Source: Candidatus Avelusimicrobium gallinaceum
GTDB lineage: Bacteria > Elusimicrobiota > Elusimicrobia > Elusimicrobiales > Elusimicrobiaceae
Direction of reading: 5' to 3'
Length of the DNA stretch: 64,000 bases
Assembly (NCBI GenBank): GCA_944324965.1
Contig: CALUYH010000001.1
Span: 42,816-106,815 of the forward strand
Every line of letters starts with the position of its first letter. The first letter of the stretch is position 1. Positions 47,995 to 57,611 of the stretch are shown here, in pieces. The notes beneath the pieces were generated by a model. That model was given only the letters and a program-made list of their open reading frames with translations, did no database searches and had not been told where the DNA came from. The translations under genes and the position numbers were made by a program.

Positions 47995-49088
47995 CAGATG
48001 TTTAACCTCTTTTTCCACAAGTATTTAGCAACAAAAATACCGGCGATAATCGGCATCCAGGGGCCGGGGTAAGAAATCCAACTGTATTTGTTGCCGAGAG
48101 ATAATCCCATCGTCATCAGCAAATAAAACGTAAAAATGATAATCACGCTGTACAGCATGCCCCAGCCTTTGTTGGTGCGTTTGCCAAACGAAAAGCCAAT
48201 CGGGCAACTGACAAACAGCAAAACAATCGGGGAAAGCGCCAACACGTTGCGCATACTGATTTCGGTGCGGTATTCGTTGATGGTTTCCTGGTCCAGGGGC
48301 ATTTGGCGCATGCGGCGCAGCAGTTTGGTGGTGGACATTTCGCCCACGCGCAAATTGCGGTATTGCTCTTTGAGCAGCGAGATACTCATTACGTATTTGT
48401 CAAAATTGGCGGCGATAAACAAGGAGGGGTCTTTCTCATCCAGGCGCTGCATCTGCCCGTCTTCCAGCTGCAGGCCGATGGCCGTATCGTTCAAAATTAC
48501 TTTTCCGCGGGCGGCGTTCACCTTGGTGCTTAGGGCGCCTTCGTCGTCGCGTTTAATCAGATGGATTTGGTGGGCGATGTCTGTGTGTTTATCCAAACTT
48601 TCCAAATACAAATCCCATTCGCCCAAGTTCAAAAACATTTTGGGTTCCAAATTGACTTTCGTTATTTTGCTGCGGGCTTCCGCGCGGCGGTCCAATAGGC
48701 GTTTATAGCTGCGGGGCGTCAACCAGTTGCTCATCAATACCAAAACGACCGACAAGGCAATCGCGCAAATAAAAAGCGGCCGGATGATTTCTTTGAACGA
48801 AAATCCTGCCGCGCGCAAGGCAATTAGTTCACCGTGTTCGCTCATATTGGTTAGAGTCAGCAAAATGGCAATTTGGAAAGCCATCGGCGCGCTTAAGCAA
48901 AATACGTCCGGCAGTACGTTAAGCAGTGACGACGCCACCCAACCCCAGCTGGTGCCGTACGTCATAGCCATATCCAAAATGCGGATGAACTGGTTCATAA
49001 AAATGACCAAGGTCAATATTCCCAGTACGCCCACAAAAAAAGTTAACAGGCTTTTTGCAATGTATTTCGTCAAAATGCCGATACGCAT
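47994..49088 (-). CDS. lptF: LPS export permease LptF
   Basis: ELIALRAAGFS; 3 TM + periplasmic domain + 3 TM. Confidence 0.82.
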   Translation of the reverse strand: MRIGILTKYIAKSLLTFFVGVLGILTLVIFMNQFIRILDMAMTYGTSWGWVASSLLNVLPDVFCLSAPMAFQIAILLTLTNMSEHGELIALRAAGFSFKEIIRPLFICAIALSVVLVLMSNWLTPRSYKRLLDRRAEARSKITKVNLEPKMFLNLGEWDLYLESLDKHTDIAHQIHLIKRDDEGALSTKVNAARGKVILNDTAIGLQLEDGQMQRLDEKDPSLFIAANFDKYVMSISLLKEQYRNLRVGEMSTTKLLRRMRQMPLDQETINEYRTEISMRNVLALSPIVLLFVSCPIGFSFGKRTNKGWGMLYSVIIIFTFYLLMTMGLSLGNKYSWISYPGPWMPIIAGIFVAKYLWKKRLNI

Positions 49089-49212
49089 ATAACTTATTCT
49101 AACAAAATATCACTCGGTAGAGTAAGTCCAATTGTGCAGTGGGCCCGGGCCTAGCGAGCGGTTAGGCCTTTTGGCCCTGGCAGGCGCTGTGTAAGGGCGC
49201 TATAATACAAGT

Positions 49213-50412
49213 ATGAAAACGTGGATTACGCTGGCTTGTTGTTTGTTTAGCACCCTATCCCTTTTTGCCCAGAAACTGCCCGTCAGCAAGACGGCGGCAG
49301 AAAGTTTGTTGCGTCCCCGGCAGACGGCCCCAATAACGCCGCCCCTGCGCTATTCGCCGGCTTCCTCCGCCGCCAAAACACTCCGTTTTCCGCCTGTTCC
49401 CGCCGGGGTTGCAACGCCTGTTTTATCGTTGGAGGAGGCAATCCCTCCGCAAAAAGGCGAGCTGCCCGCCGCTCCGTACGCGGCCGAAAAGACCCGCTTG
49501 GAACGCGTGCTGGCGCAACGGCTGGCGCGGGCCCAAGCCCGGGTGCACCCGCCGCTGGTGGAAACAGCCCGGTACATGCGCCAATCGCTGGTGCAAGTGG
49601 TAGGCCCGGCCACAGGCGAACTGATGGGCAGCGGCTTTGTGGTGCGCAGCGGGTCCGGCAAGCTGTATGCCGTGGTATCCTATCACGTGGTGGGCCACGC
49701 CGGCAATAAAGTGGCCGTACGGATGTATGATAAACTGGACCGCGAAATCACCTACCGCGGGGTGGTAAACGCCACGGGTTCCTACGGATTGAACGCGCCC
49801 GACGCGGCCATCATCGCTTTGCCGTCGGAAGCGGCCAAACACGCCCGCCCGTTAAAAGTGGCGGCGGATTTTCCCCAAAAAGGGGAAGAACTGGTGGTAT
49901 GGGGTACGCCGTATGCGGTCAACGGATTTGCGCGGGCGGATGAATTACTCGTCAAACACGTGCAAGGTTTCAAAATTGTAATGGACAGCCCGGATGTATC
50001 TTCCGATTTTAACGGTTTGTGCGGCAGCCCGGTGCTGAACCAGGACGGAAAAGTGGTGGGCATTTACAGCGGGCACGACCCGGACAGGGGGCTCGTATTT
50101 GCCGTGCCGGCGCGCAAAGCGTTGGAATGGATGATTGGCAATTATGAAAAAGGCCTTTCCGGCAGTTTTTCGCTGCGGCTTTCCGGACGTGAAATTTTGC
50201 GCCTGGTCCCCGGTGAAACAGTCGGTTGGGTGCGGCACTTCAGCCCGGACGGCGTGCTGCTGCACAAAGTGTATTTGCCGCAATATCCGGAACCGTTTGA
50301 CCCGGCCCACGTGGAAACGTTGTTCCCGGATGTGCGCCAGGGGGATTTTTTAGAGTTTGAAGTCGTGCGCCACCGGTTTTTGGACCGGATGATTTCGGTG
50401 GAAATCTCTTAA
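49213..50412 (+). CDS. Secreted trypsin-like (S1-fold) protease with Cys at the nucleophile position
   Basis: GSGFVV, SYHVV, PDAAI and GLCGSPVLNQDGKVVGI. Confidence 0.75.
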   Translation: MKTWITLACCLFSTLSLFAQKLPVSKTAAESLLRPRQTAPITPPLRYSPASSAAKTLRFPPVPAGVATPVLSLEEAIPPQKGELPAAPYAAEKTRLERVLAQRLARAQARVHPPLVETARYMRQSLVQVVGPATGELMGSGFVVRSGSGKLYAVVSYHVVGHAGNKVAVRMYDKLDREITYRGVVNATGSYGLNAPDAAIIALPSEAAKHARPLKVAADFPQKGEELVVWGTPYAVNGFARADELLVKHVQGFKIVMDSPDVSSDFNGLCGSPVLNQDGKVVGIYSGHDPDRGLVFAVPARKALEWMIGNYEKGLSGSFSLRLSGREILRLVPGETVGWVRHFSPDGVLLHKVYLPQYPEPFDPAHVETLFPDVRQGDFLEFEVVRHRFLDRMISVEIS

Positions 50413-50535
50413 AACAATTCGGCTTTTTAACGGTGCCCCCTGCAACAGGCAGGGGGCATTTTTTTAGACGGAAAATAAGGCGGTAGAAAAGGGGTAAATA
50501 TTATAGAATGAAATAATGAGGTATTTTTCCCCTTT

Positions 50536-53500
50536 ATGAAAACACTGCGGCTGTCCGTCGCCCTGTTGTTACTGGTCCAATTCGTTGCTGCTCCCGTAGC
50601 CGGCGCCGAATCGTTGCCGTACAGCCTGGTGGATAAGGACGAGTATTCCATTTTTGAAGAAGATCAGGCCGCCAAAGAGGAGGAAGAACTCACCCTGGAG
50701 GACCCGCCGGACGACGCCCAACTGCTGAAATTTACCGACGAATTTTGGCGCCAGGCCGTCACCGCGGTGGACGGCTCCTACAAACTGGATAAAGGGCCGG
50801 AACCCATCCCGGACTTGACCCTGCTCAACCCCACGCTTTCGCTGCCGCTTTATGGCACCAGCATCGCTCTGACGGGCCGCTATGTGCTGGGCTTCAAAAT
50901 GGCCGCCCAAAAGTATAAAACAGACGATAACAACGACATTGAAAACCGCAATTCCAGCACGTTTGAAATGCAGCAGGAAATGCAGCTTAAAATGCAGGGT
51001 AAAATCCTGGAACGCGTGTTTGTGGATATTGACTACGACGACCAGCGCGAAGAAGAAAAAAACATCTCCGTGGCGTACCGCGGCAAACCCGGCGAACTGG
51101 TGCAATTGGCGGAATTCGGGGATATCAACCTTTCGTTGCCGGAAACGGAATTTATCGCCTACCAAAAACAGTTGTTCGGTGCCAAAATGCACTTGCAGCA
51201 CAAGAACGCCAACCTGTATTTAATCGGTTCGCAAACGAAAGGTTCCAGCAAACAGAAGCAATTTATCGGCAGCAGCGTGTCGGAAATCGTTTCGCTGGCG
51301 GATACTTCCTACATCCGCCGCACGTATTACGATTTGACCTTCGGCGGCAACGTCCGCCCGTATATTGACGATTCGGGCACCATCCGCTACCCGGTGGACC
51401 GTACCGCTTACGATGAATGGCGCACCGTAATGGGCAGCATTTCCCCCGGCTCGGAAGAAATTTACTATTACAGCAACGATTCCTCCACCACGTCCAACTA
51501 TGTGCCGGTGGACAAAACCGCCACCGACGCCTTGGGCGGCGGGGACTATCCCGCCAAGTGGGAACTCCTCACCCGCGGGGTAGATTATACCGTGGATTAC
51601 GCCAGCGGCATCATCACCTTCCGCCGCAGCATTACGGCCGAAAGCGTCATCGCCGTGGACTACCGCGATACCCGCGGCAACCAGTTAAGCTCCGTAATGG
51701 GTACGCCCAATACGATTAAACTGATTAAAACGTCCAACGACCAATCGGTCGTGTCCGGCGCGGATATGACGACCGAAACCGCCAACAAGCTGGAGCTGAA
51801 AACCTACTACAACATCGGCGCGCAAAAAATCACGCAGGATAACGGAAAAGGCAACTTCATTTTGCAGCTGCAGGACGCCAACGGCCAGGCCGTTACGAAC
51901 CCTTATTTTTCGTACCCGACGTACATTACGGTGGATTTCAACACCGGTATCTTTGATTTAAGCTACCGCATCAACGATGCCGGTTTGTACGGTGCCACGC
52001 CGAAATCCTCCAAAAACTTAACGTTTAAAATCCAATACGAATCCACCGTCAAGACGTATTTTATTGAGTCCAACATCGTGGTGGAATCCGAAAGCGTAAA
52101 GCTAAACGGCCGCACCCTTACCCGCAATAACGATTACTACATTGACTATACTTCCGGGTTCATCACCTTCTACAAAGGGGACGAAATTACCGAAAACTCC
52201 GTCATTGACATTACGTACGACACCACCTCCGGCTCCGGCTCCAACAATTCGGTGTTGGGCGGCCGGTTGGATTATAAATTGTTTGACAAAATCGTGATGG
52301 GCGCCACGATGCTTAAAGAAAGCGGCGAAAAACCCACCACCGTCCCGCAAGTGGGGGACTACGGCAAAGATTTGCTGGTGTACGGGGCGGACATTAACGG
52401 TAAGGACATCAAACTGGCGGACCCGCTGTCGGTGGACTTCAGTGCGGAAGTGGCCAAAAGCCAAAAGAACCAAAACCTGTTCGGCTACGCGATGGTGGAC
52501 AGTATGAACGAAACCACCGAGCGGGTGGGCGGCTCCATGATTTTTAGGGAATGGATTTTTGCCTCCAACCCCAGCGGCAAACCGGCCTTTTTAAATTCTA
52601 TCCATTGGGACACGCAGGACTTGCCTTCGCTGGAAATCAACCCGCACGCCATTGCCAACTACAACGACAAACAGCAAGTCCTTATCTTAAATTACGATTT
52701 CACCCTCCCCGCCACCACCATAGACCAAACCACCGGCCAACCCTTTTTAAACGAAGCCGGACGCGACGAAGTGTCTATCGTCTATCCCATCAGCACCAGC
52801 GGGATGGATTTATCCAGCAAGACATCTTTTGAACTGACGATGTTGGGCGAAGAAAACGGCCCGCAGGTCAACTTTACTTTCGGGGATATTTCCGAGTATT
52901 CCGATTCTTCCAACGGGATGAACACCCAGTGCGGCACCAACGTCCCCAAGACGGAAGACATCTACTGCCGCAACACCCTGGCGCCGAACGAAGACATCGG
53001 CTGGCTGTTTACGAACCCGGACGGAACGGAAGAACGGTACAACCCGTTTGTAAACAACGTCTACAACCCCGAATCGCAGCCCAACGGCCGCATTGATACG
53101 CAGGATTTAAACGGCAACGGCGCGTTTGATGCGGAAAGCATCCCTGCGCAGGGGAACTTCGGTTTTGCCGGGGCCTCCATTGAAGGCATGGTAAACAACA
53201 CCGCGTCCAACACTTCGTGGGCGACGTACACCATGCCGCTGCTTTTGTCGGATGCGGAAAAATCCCAATGGACGGCGGTGCACCACTTGCGCGTGACAAT
53301 CAAACTGACGGACGAAATGAAACGGGCGGGCAAGCTCAAAGGGCAAATTAAAATTGCCAACGTGTCCCTGTCCGGTACGGCGTGGAACCCGCAGGAAGGA
53401 ACGGACCCGGACGTGTTCTCCGTGGCGGGTATCAATAACGTGGACAGCACCAACTACGAACCTATCTTTGCCGATACCACGGGCGACGGGCTAACCGTGT

Positions 53501-56193
53501 TCAATTATTTGTACGGCTCCATTTCCAACTACAAGCAAGCCACCGGCTCCACCAACGCGTTGGACCAGGCGTTAAACATTAAATTCAACACCACCTCTCT
53601 GCCGGGCGTGTCGGACAGCGACACCCAAGCCAATGCCACGGGGGAACGGTATGCCAACCGTAACTTCAGCACGATGGACTTTACCCAGCACCGCGAGTTC
53701 CGCTTCCTGCTGCACGGGGCGATGGAACAGGGCGGTGCGCGGCCGCTGAACCAGCCGGGGACGGAATTTTTCTTAAAAGTTGGTACGGACAACAACTACG
53801 ATAAAATCATCGTGCCGACGGACTTCCAGGGCTGGCGTTTGATTTCGCTTAAAATGGTGGACAGCAACGGCGACGGCGTGGCCGACACGTTTGAAAACGC
53901 CTCTGACCCTTCCTACAACGTGCGCGTGCTCAACCACCGCATTACGGGCGGTATTTTGAACTTTAGCGAAGTCAGCTTGATTTTGGCCGGCGTGCAAAAA
54001 GAAAGCACCTACGAATATACCTTTACGCAAGGGGAAAACAGCCAAACCTGGTACGCCCGCGGCCTGCTGCAGCCGGGCTTGGCCCTGTACGGCGATTCCG
54101 GTTTGTCTATTGTTGCCGAAACGGTGCAAACCGCCGTACTGCAGCCGGACGGCAGCTACCAGGTGACGTTGGAAAACGGCGAAACCTACACCGCCGTTTT
54201 GGGCCCCGTCACCCCCGGCACGGGCAGCACCGGGGAGGTGTGGTTGAACGTAATCCACCTGGCTGATTCCATCACGCGTGAAGGCACCGCCTACAAGGGG
54301 GATGTGGTCATCAAGCTGGACGGCTGGGGCAGTGCGGGGGCCAAGTACAAATACCGGGACAGCAATTTTGAAACTCCGCTGGCCGTAGCCAAAAACCAGG
54401 AAGTGACGGAAGAAGAATACTTTTTAAAAGTGGACAAAATCAAAGAATTTCCGATGGAAGCCAATTTAAAGCGTTCCTCCACCGTTACGCCCATGGTCAC
54501 GGACACGACGGACTACAACACCATCAGCCTGTTGGATAAAGGCCAGGTGGACCGGCAGACGGCCGTCATCCGCGGGGATTTTAAAAAGGACAACCTCCCC
54601 CAAATCGGCCTGGAGTACACGGCTGACACCGTGGAATACGACGCCATGCAGCGCAAGGATGACGCCCGCACGTACGGCGCCACGCTGACGCACTCCACCG
54701 GCGCATTTAAAAACATTTCCGCCAGCTACCACATTACCGATTCGTCCATTGATTACGACCGGGAAAAACACTTGGAATCGTCCAACTACTACAATACGGA
54801 CGAAAACACCCAAAAGATGAATATGAAGGTGACGTACCAGCCCACCAACAATTTTAATTTTACGCCTACTTACAGCTTGTCCAAAAGTACGGAAGACCGC
54901 ACCACCTACCAACAAACAGACACGCAAAGCATCAGCTACCCCAAAGCCATGACCCAGAACACCGGCTTTAACAGCACTTGGAAAATTGCCAAATGGCTGG
55001 CGCCGTCCGTCAGCTACAACATCAGCACCGTGGAAAGCAACAACCTCACGGCCAAAACGCTTTCGGCTTCCGGCCAACAGGTGAATGTGGGCGTGGGTGC
55101 GGTCAAAACCGTCAACCGCAGTGCGGACGGCGGCATTACGCTTACGTTAAACGGCAACGAAATCCTGCCCAACAGCAAATTGTTCAACACGTTTGTCATT
55201 TCGTCCAGTTACCGCATCCAGGACGCGGACTCCTGGTACGATGTGGACAGCGATTTTGATTCCCGCAAAGAGCTTTGGATCCGCAGTTCGCTCAAAGACG
55301 TGGGCGAATACGGTTACCGCCAAAGTTTGATTTTGCGCGATACGTTCACCTCCACCCAGCGCTGGAGCCCGTTCTCGCAGTACAACCTGGGCGGCGCGGC
55401 GGCCCCGCTTAAAACCATCTCGCTGATTAACAACTTTACCCGCACCTTGCAAACCAACGACCAAACCGGCACGTCGTACGATTCCACCAGCTTAACGCTG
55501 CCGGATATGACGTTTTCTATTTCGGACTTGGAAAAATTCTTTTACGGGGGGCGCTGGTTTAGTTCTTCCAACTTAAAATTGCGCTATAGTATGGTAGAGC
55601 AAACCACCACCAACAGCGACGAACAATACACCACCCAGTACGGCGGCGACTTGCGCTTTATGCTGTTTAATTATTTTGACACCGTGCTCAACTTCACGCG
55701 CAAACTGTCCGACAAGACGGACCTGCGCGCCGGTACCAGCCTGGAACGCGTGGAAGACAACGACGTTTCCGCCCAGACGTCTTTCTACATCGGTTCCATG
55801 CGCGTAACGCCCAAACTGCTTTATTCGTCGCACGATAAATGGCTGGTGGCGGGGCAAATCAGCGAAAGCAGCACCGAGCTTACCCCCAGCCTGAACCTGC
55901 GGTGGGACTTTAATATGCCGCGCGGATTTAAATTGCCGTTTATCAACAAAATGTACAACGCCACCAACCGCGTGATTTGGAACACGACGCTGGCCTATAC
56001 GGACAAAAAATCCCCGGTGGAAGTAAAAGAAAACTATCAAAAGTTTGATTTCAGCACGTCCCTGGATTACGAACTTTCGCAAAACTTGCGCTTTACGGTA
56101 GGCGGCGGGTTGACCGTGTTACAAAATGCCTACGTGGAAACGGAAGATTACGTGGCCTACAATGTGGCCGCCAACGTGACGGTGCAATTCTAA
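50536..56193 (+). CDS. Giant outer-membrane protein, SprA/Sov-like
   Basis: Signal peptide; SprA-like blocks; beta-strand-rich C-terminal third; terminal Phe. Confidence 0.7.
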   Translation: MKTLRLSVALLLLVQFVAAPVAGAESLPYSLVDKDEYSIFEEDQAAKEEEELTLEDPPDDAQLLKFTDEFWRQAVTAVDGSYKLDKGPEPIPDLTLLNPTLSLPLYGTSIALTGRYVLGFKMAAQKYKTDDNNDIENRNSSTFEMQQEMQLKMQGKILERVFVDIDYDDQREEEKNISVAYRGKPGELVQLAEFGDINLSLPETEFIAYQKQLFGAKMHLQHKNANLYLIGSQTKGSSKQKQFIGSSVSEIVSLADTSYIRRTYYDLTFGGNVRPYIDDSGTIRYPVDRTAYDEWRTVMGSISPGSEEIYYYSNDSSTTSNYVPVDKTATDALGGGDYPAKWELLTRGVDYTVDYASGIITFRRSITAESVIAVDYRDTRGNQLSSVMGTPNTIKLIKTSNDQSVVSGADMTTETANKLELKTYYNIGAQKITQDNGKGNFILQLQDANGQAVTNPYFSYPTYITVDFNTGIFDLSYRINDAGLYGATPKSSKNLTFKIQYESTVKTYFIESNIVVESESVKLNGRTLTRNNDYYIDYTSGFITFYKGDEITENSVIDITYDTTSGSGSNNSVLGGRLDYKLFDKIVMGATMLKESGEKPTTVPQVGDYGKDLLVYGADINGKDIKLADPLSVDFSAEVAKSQKNQNLFGYAMVDSMNETTERVGGSMIFREWIFASNPSGKPAFLNSIHWDTQDLPSLEINPHAIANYNDKQQVLILNYDFTLPATTIDQTTGQPFLNEAGRDEVSIVYPISTSGMDLSSKTSFELTMLGEENGPQVNFTFGDISEYSDSSNGMNTQCGTNVPKTEDIYCRNTLAPNEDIGWLFTNPDGTEERYNPFVNNVYNPESQPNGRIDTQDLNGNGAFDAESIPAQGNFGFAGASIEGMVNNTASNTSWATYTMPLLLSDAEKSQWTAVHHLRVTIKLTDEMKRAGKLKGQIKIANVSLSGTAWNPQEGTDPDVFSVAGINNVDSTNYEPIFADTTGDGLTVFNYLYGSISNYKQATGSTNALDQALNIKFNTTSLPGVSDSDTQANATGERYANRNFSTMDFTQHREFRFLLHGAMEQGGARPLNQPGTEFFLKVGTDNNYDKIIVPTDFQGWRLISLKMVDSNGDGVADTFENASDPSYNVRVLNHRITGGILNFSEVSLILAGVQKESTYEYTFTQGENSQTWYARGLLQPGLALYGDSGLSIVAETVQTAVLQPDGSYQVTLENGETYTAVLGPVTPGTGSTGEVWLNVIHLADSITREGTAYKGDVVIKLDGWGSAGAKYKYRDSNFETPLAVAKNQEVTEEEYFLKVDKIKEFPMEANLKRSSTVTPMVTDTTDYNTISLLDKGQVDRQTAVIRGDFKKDNLPQIGLEYTADTVEYDAMQRKDDARTYGATLTHSTGAFKNISASYHITDSSIDYDREKHLESSNYYNTDENTQKMNMKVTYQPTNNFNFTPTYSLSKSTEDRTTYQQTDTQSISYPKAMTQNTGFNSTWKIAKWLAPSVSYNISTVESNNLTAKTLSASGQQVNVGVGAVKTVNRSADGGITLTLNGNEILPNSKLFNTFVISSSYRIQDADSWYDVDSDFDSRKELWIRSSLKDVGEYGYRQSLILRDTFTSTQRWSPFSQYNLGGAAAPLKTISLINNFTRTLQTNDQTGTSYDSTSLTLPDMTFSISDLEKFFYGGRWFSSSNLKLRYSMVEQTTTNSDEQYTTQYGGDLRFMLFNYFDTVLNFTRKLSDKTDLRAGTSLERVEDNDVSAQTSFYIGSMRVTPKLLYSSHDKWLVAGQISESSTELTPSLNLRWDFNMPRGFKLPFINKMYNATNRVIWNTTLAYTDKKSPVEVKENYQKFDFSTSLDYELSQNLRFTVGGGLTVLQNAYVETEDYVAYNVAANVTVQF

Positions 56194-56196
56194 CGT

Positions 56197-56928
56197 ATGA
56201 AACACGCCTGGAGTCGGTTGTTCAAACTCTTTTTGCATTTTTGGTTCCCGCGCACGTGTTTTGCGTGCGGGCGGGATTTGAAATGGGACGCCACGGCCCC
56301 GTTGTGCCCGGCGTGTGAGGCCGCTTTGGCTGTTCCCGGGCCGCTTATTTGCCGGCGTTGCGGGACCGTGCTGAAAAGCGGCGGAGCCCATTGTTATGCC
56401 TGCCGCGGCAGCAAAGCCCGCCCATACAAATGCGCGGTCATCCGCTCGGCTTTTGTGTTTAATACATCCTCGCGCGCCCTCGTGCACGCACTCAAATACG
56501 CGCGGGCCGATTATCTGGCCTCATATATGGGAATGCAAATGGCCCGACGGTTTGCTTCGCACCCGGAACTGGCCGAAGCGGAAGTGTTGGTGCCGGTGCC
56601 GCTGTTCCCCAAACGCGGGAAACAACGCGGCTATAACCAAAGCGAACTGCTGGCCCGTTCTTTAAGCCGGCAAATCGGGCTGCCCGTCAACACAACGGCG
56701 TTGGCGCGCGTGCGCAATACCGTCAGCCAAACGACGTTAGGGCGAAAAGGCCGCCTGCAAAATATGTCCGGGGCGTTTAAAACCATGCGCCCGCAGGAAG
56801 TAAAGGGAAAAGTCGTGCTGCTAATAGACGACGTCGCCACCACCGGGGCTACCTTGGAAGGCTGTGCTCAAGCCTTGCGCGCGGCCGGCGCCAAAAAGGT
56901 GTTGGCTTATACGTTTGCCCGGGAATAA
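56197..56928 (+). CDS. comF: ComF family protein (zinc ribbon + PRTase)
   Basis: CxxC repeats; VPVPL, RGYNQS and LIDDVATTGAT motifs. Confidence 0.9.
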   Translation: MKHAWSRLFKLFLHFWFPRTCFACGRDLKWDATAPLCPACEAALAVPGPLICRRCGTVLKSGGAHCYACRGSKARPYKCAVIRSAFVFNTSSRALVHALKYARADYLASYMGMQMARRFASHPELAEAEVLVPVPLFPKRGKQRGYNQSELLARSLSRQIGLPVNTTALARVRNTVSQTTLGRKGRLQNMSGAFKTMRPQEVKGKVVLLIDDVATTGATLEGCAQALRAAGAKKVLAYTFARE

Positions 56929-57002
56929 CGGGGCAAAGCTGCTGCCTGGAAAATCGGTTTCTTTTCTTGCCTTACTTTTGGCGTTTTTGATAAATTGGTT
57001 TT

Positions 57003-57542
57003 ATGAGTAACCCTTTTCAAAACACCTGCCCGGCGGGGAACAAAGCCGGATTTACACTTATTGAACTTCTTGTTGTGGTATTAATCATCGGTATTTTGGC
57101 GGCGGTTGCGCTGCCACAATATGAGTTGGCGGTAGACAAAAGCCGCGCAACCGAAGCGTTAACCTGGGTGAAACACCTGAAAGATGCACAGGAACTGTAC
57201 CGCATGAGTAACGGTACGTATGCTACTACGTGTGATTAATTGGATGTTCAATTCCCGGGCGGATGGAAAGTGACCGGTGCCACCGTATCGGACGGCAACT
57301 GCACGGTAATTAATTGCTACAACGGCAACGGCAGCCGGTCGTTGTTTGTGGTAAAAGACTCCAACTGCAATACAATCGCCGGGTTTGAACGGTTCTTTGA
57401 TAATCCTCCTGCCAGCTTTTCCGCTTTTGCGGGGGACACCATTTGCTGGGCGAATGACCCGATGCGTTCCCGCGGGGAACGTTTGTGCCGGAGTATGGGC
57501 GGGCAAAAGCGCAGCGGGGGAGGAGAGTCGTATTATTTTTAA
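57003..57542 (+). pseudogene. Type IV pilin copy 4, interrupted by an in-frame TAA at 57237-57239
   Basis: AG|FTLIELL N-terminus; reads ...TCD*LDVQFPG... and continues in the same frame to a pilin-like Cys-containing C-terminus. Confidence 0.88.
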
Positions 57543-57556
57543 GATGGGTTTATGAC

Positions 57557-57591
57557 AAAACCGCCTGCCGCAAAGGGCAGGCGGTTTTTTT
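57557..57591. terminator. Bidirectional terminator
   Basis: AAAACCGCCTGCC..GGCAGGCGGTTTT. Confidence 0.85.
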
Positions 57592-57611
57592 AATGCTGTC
57601 AGCCAAGAGAT

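Noticed and set aside
57237-57239. Stop-codon reassignment or readthrough of the pilin TAA
   Set aside because: TAA terminates many genes in this window normally; a nonsense mutation is the simpler explanation.
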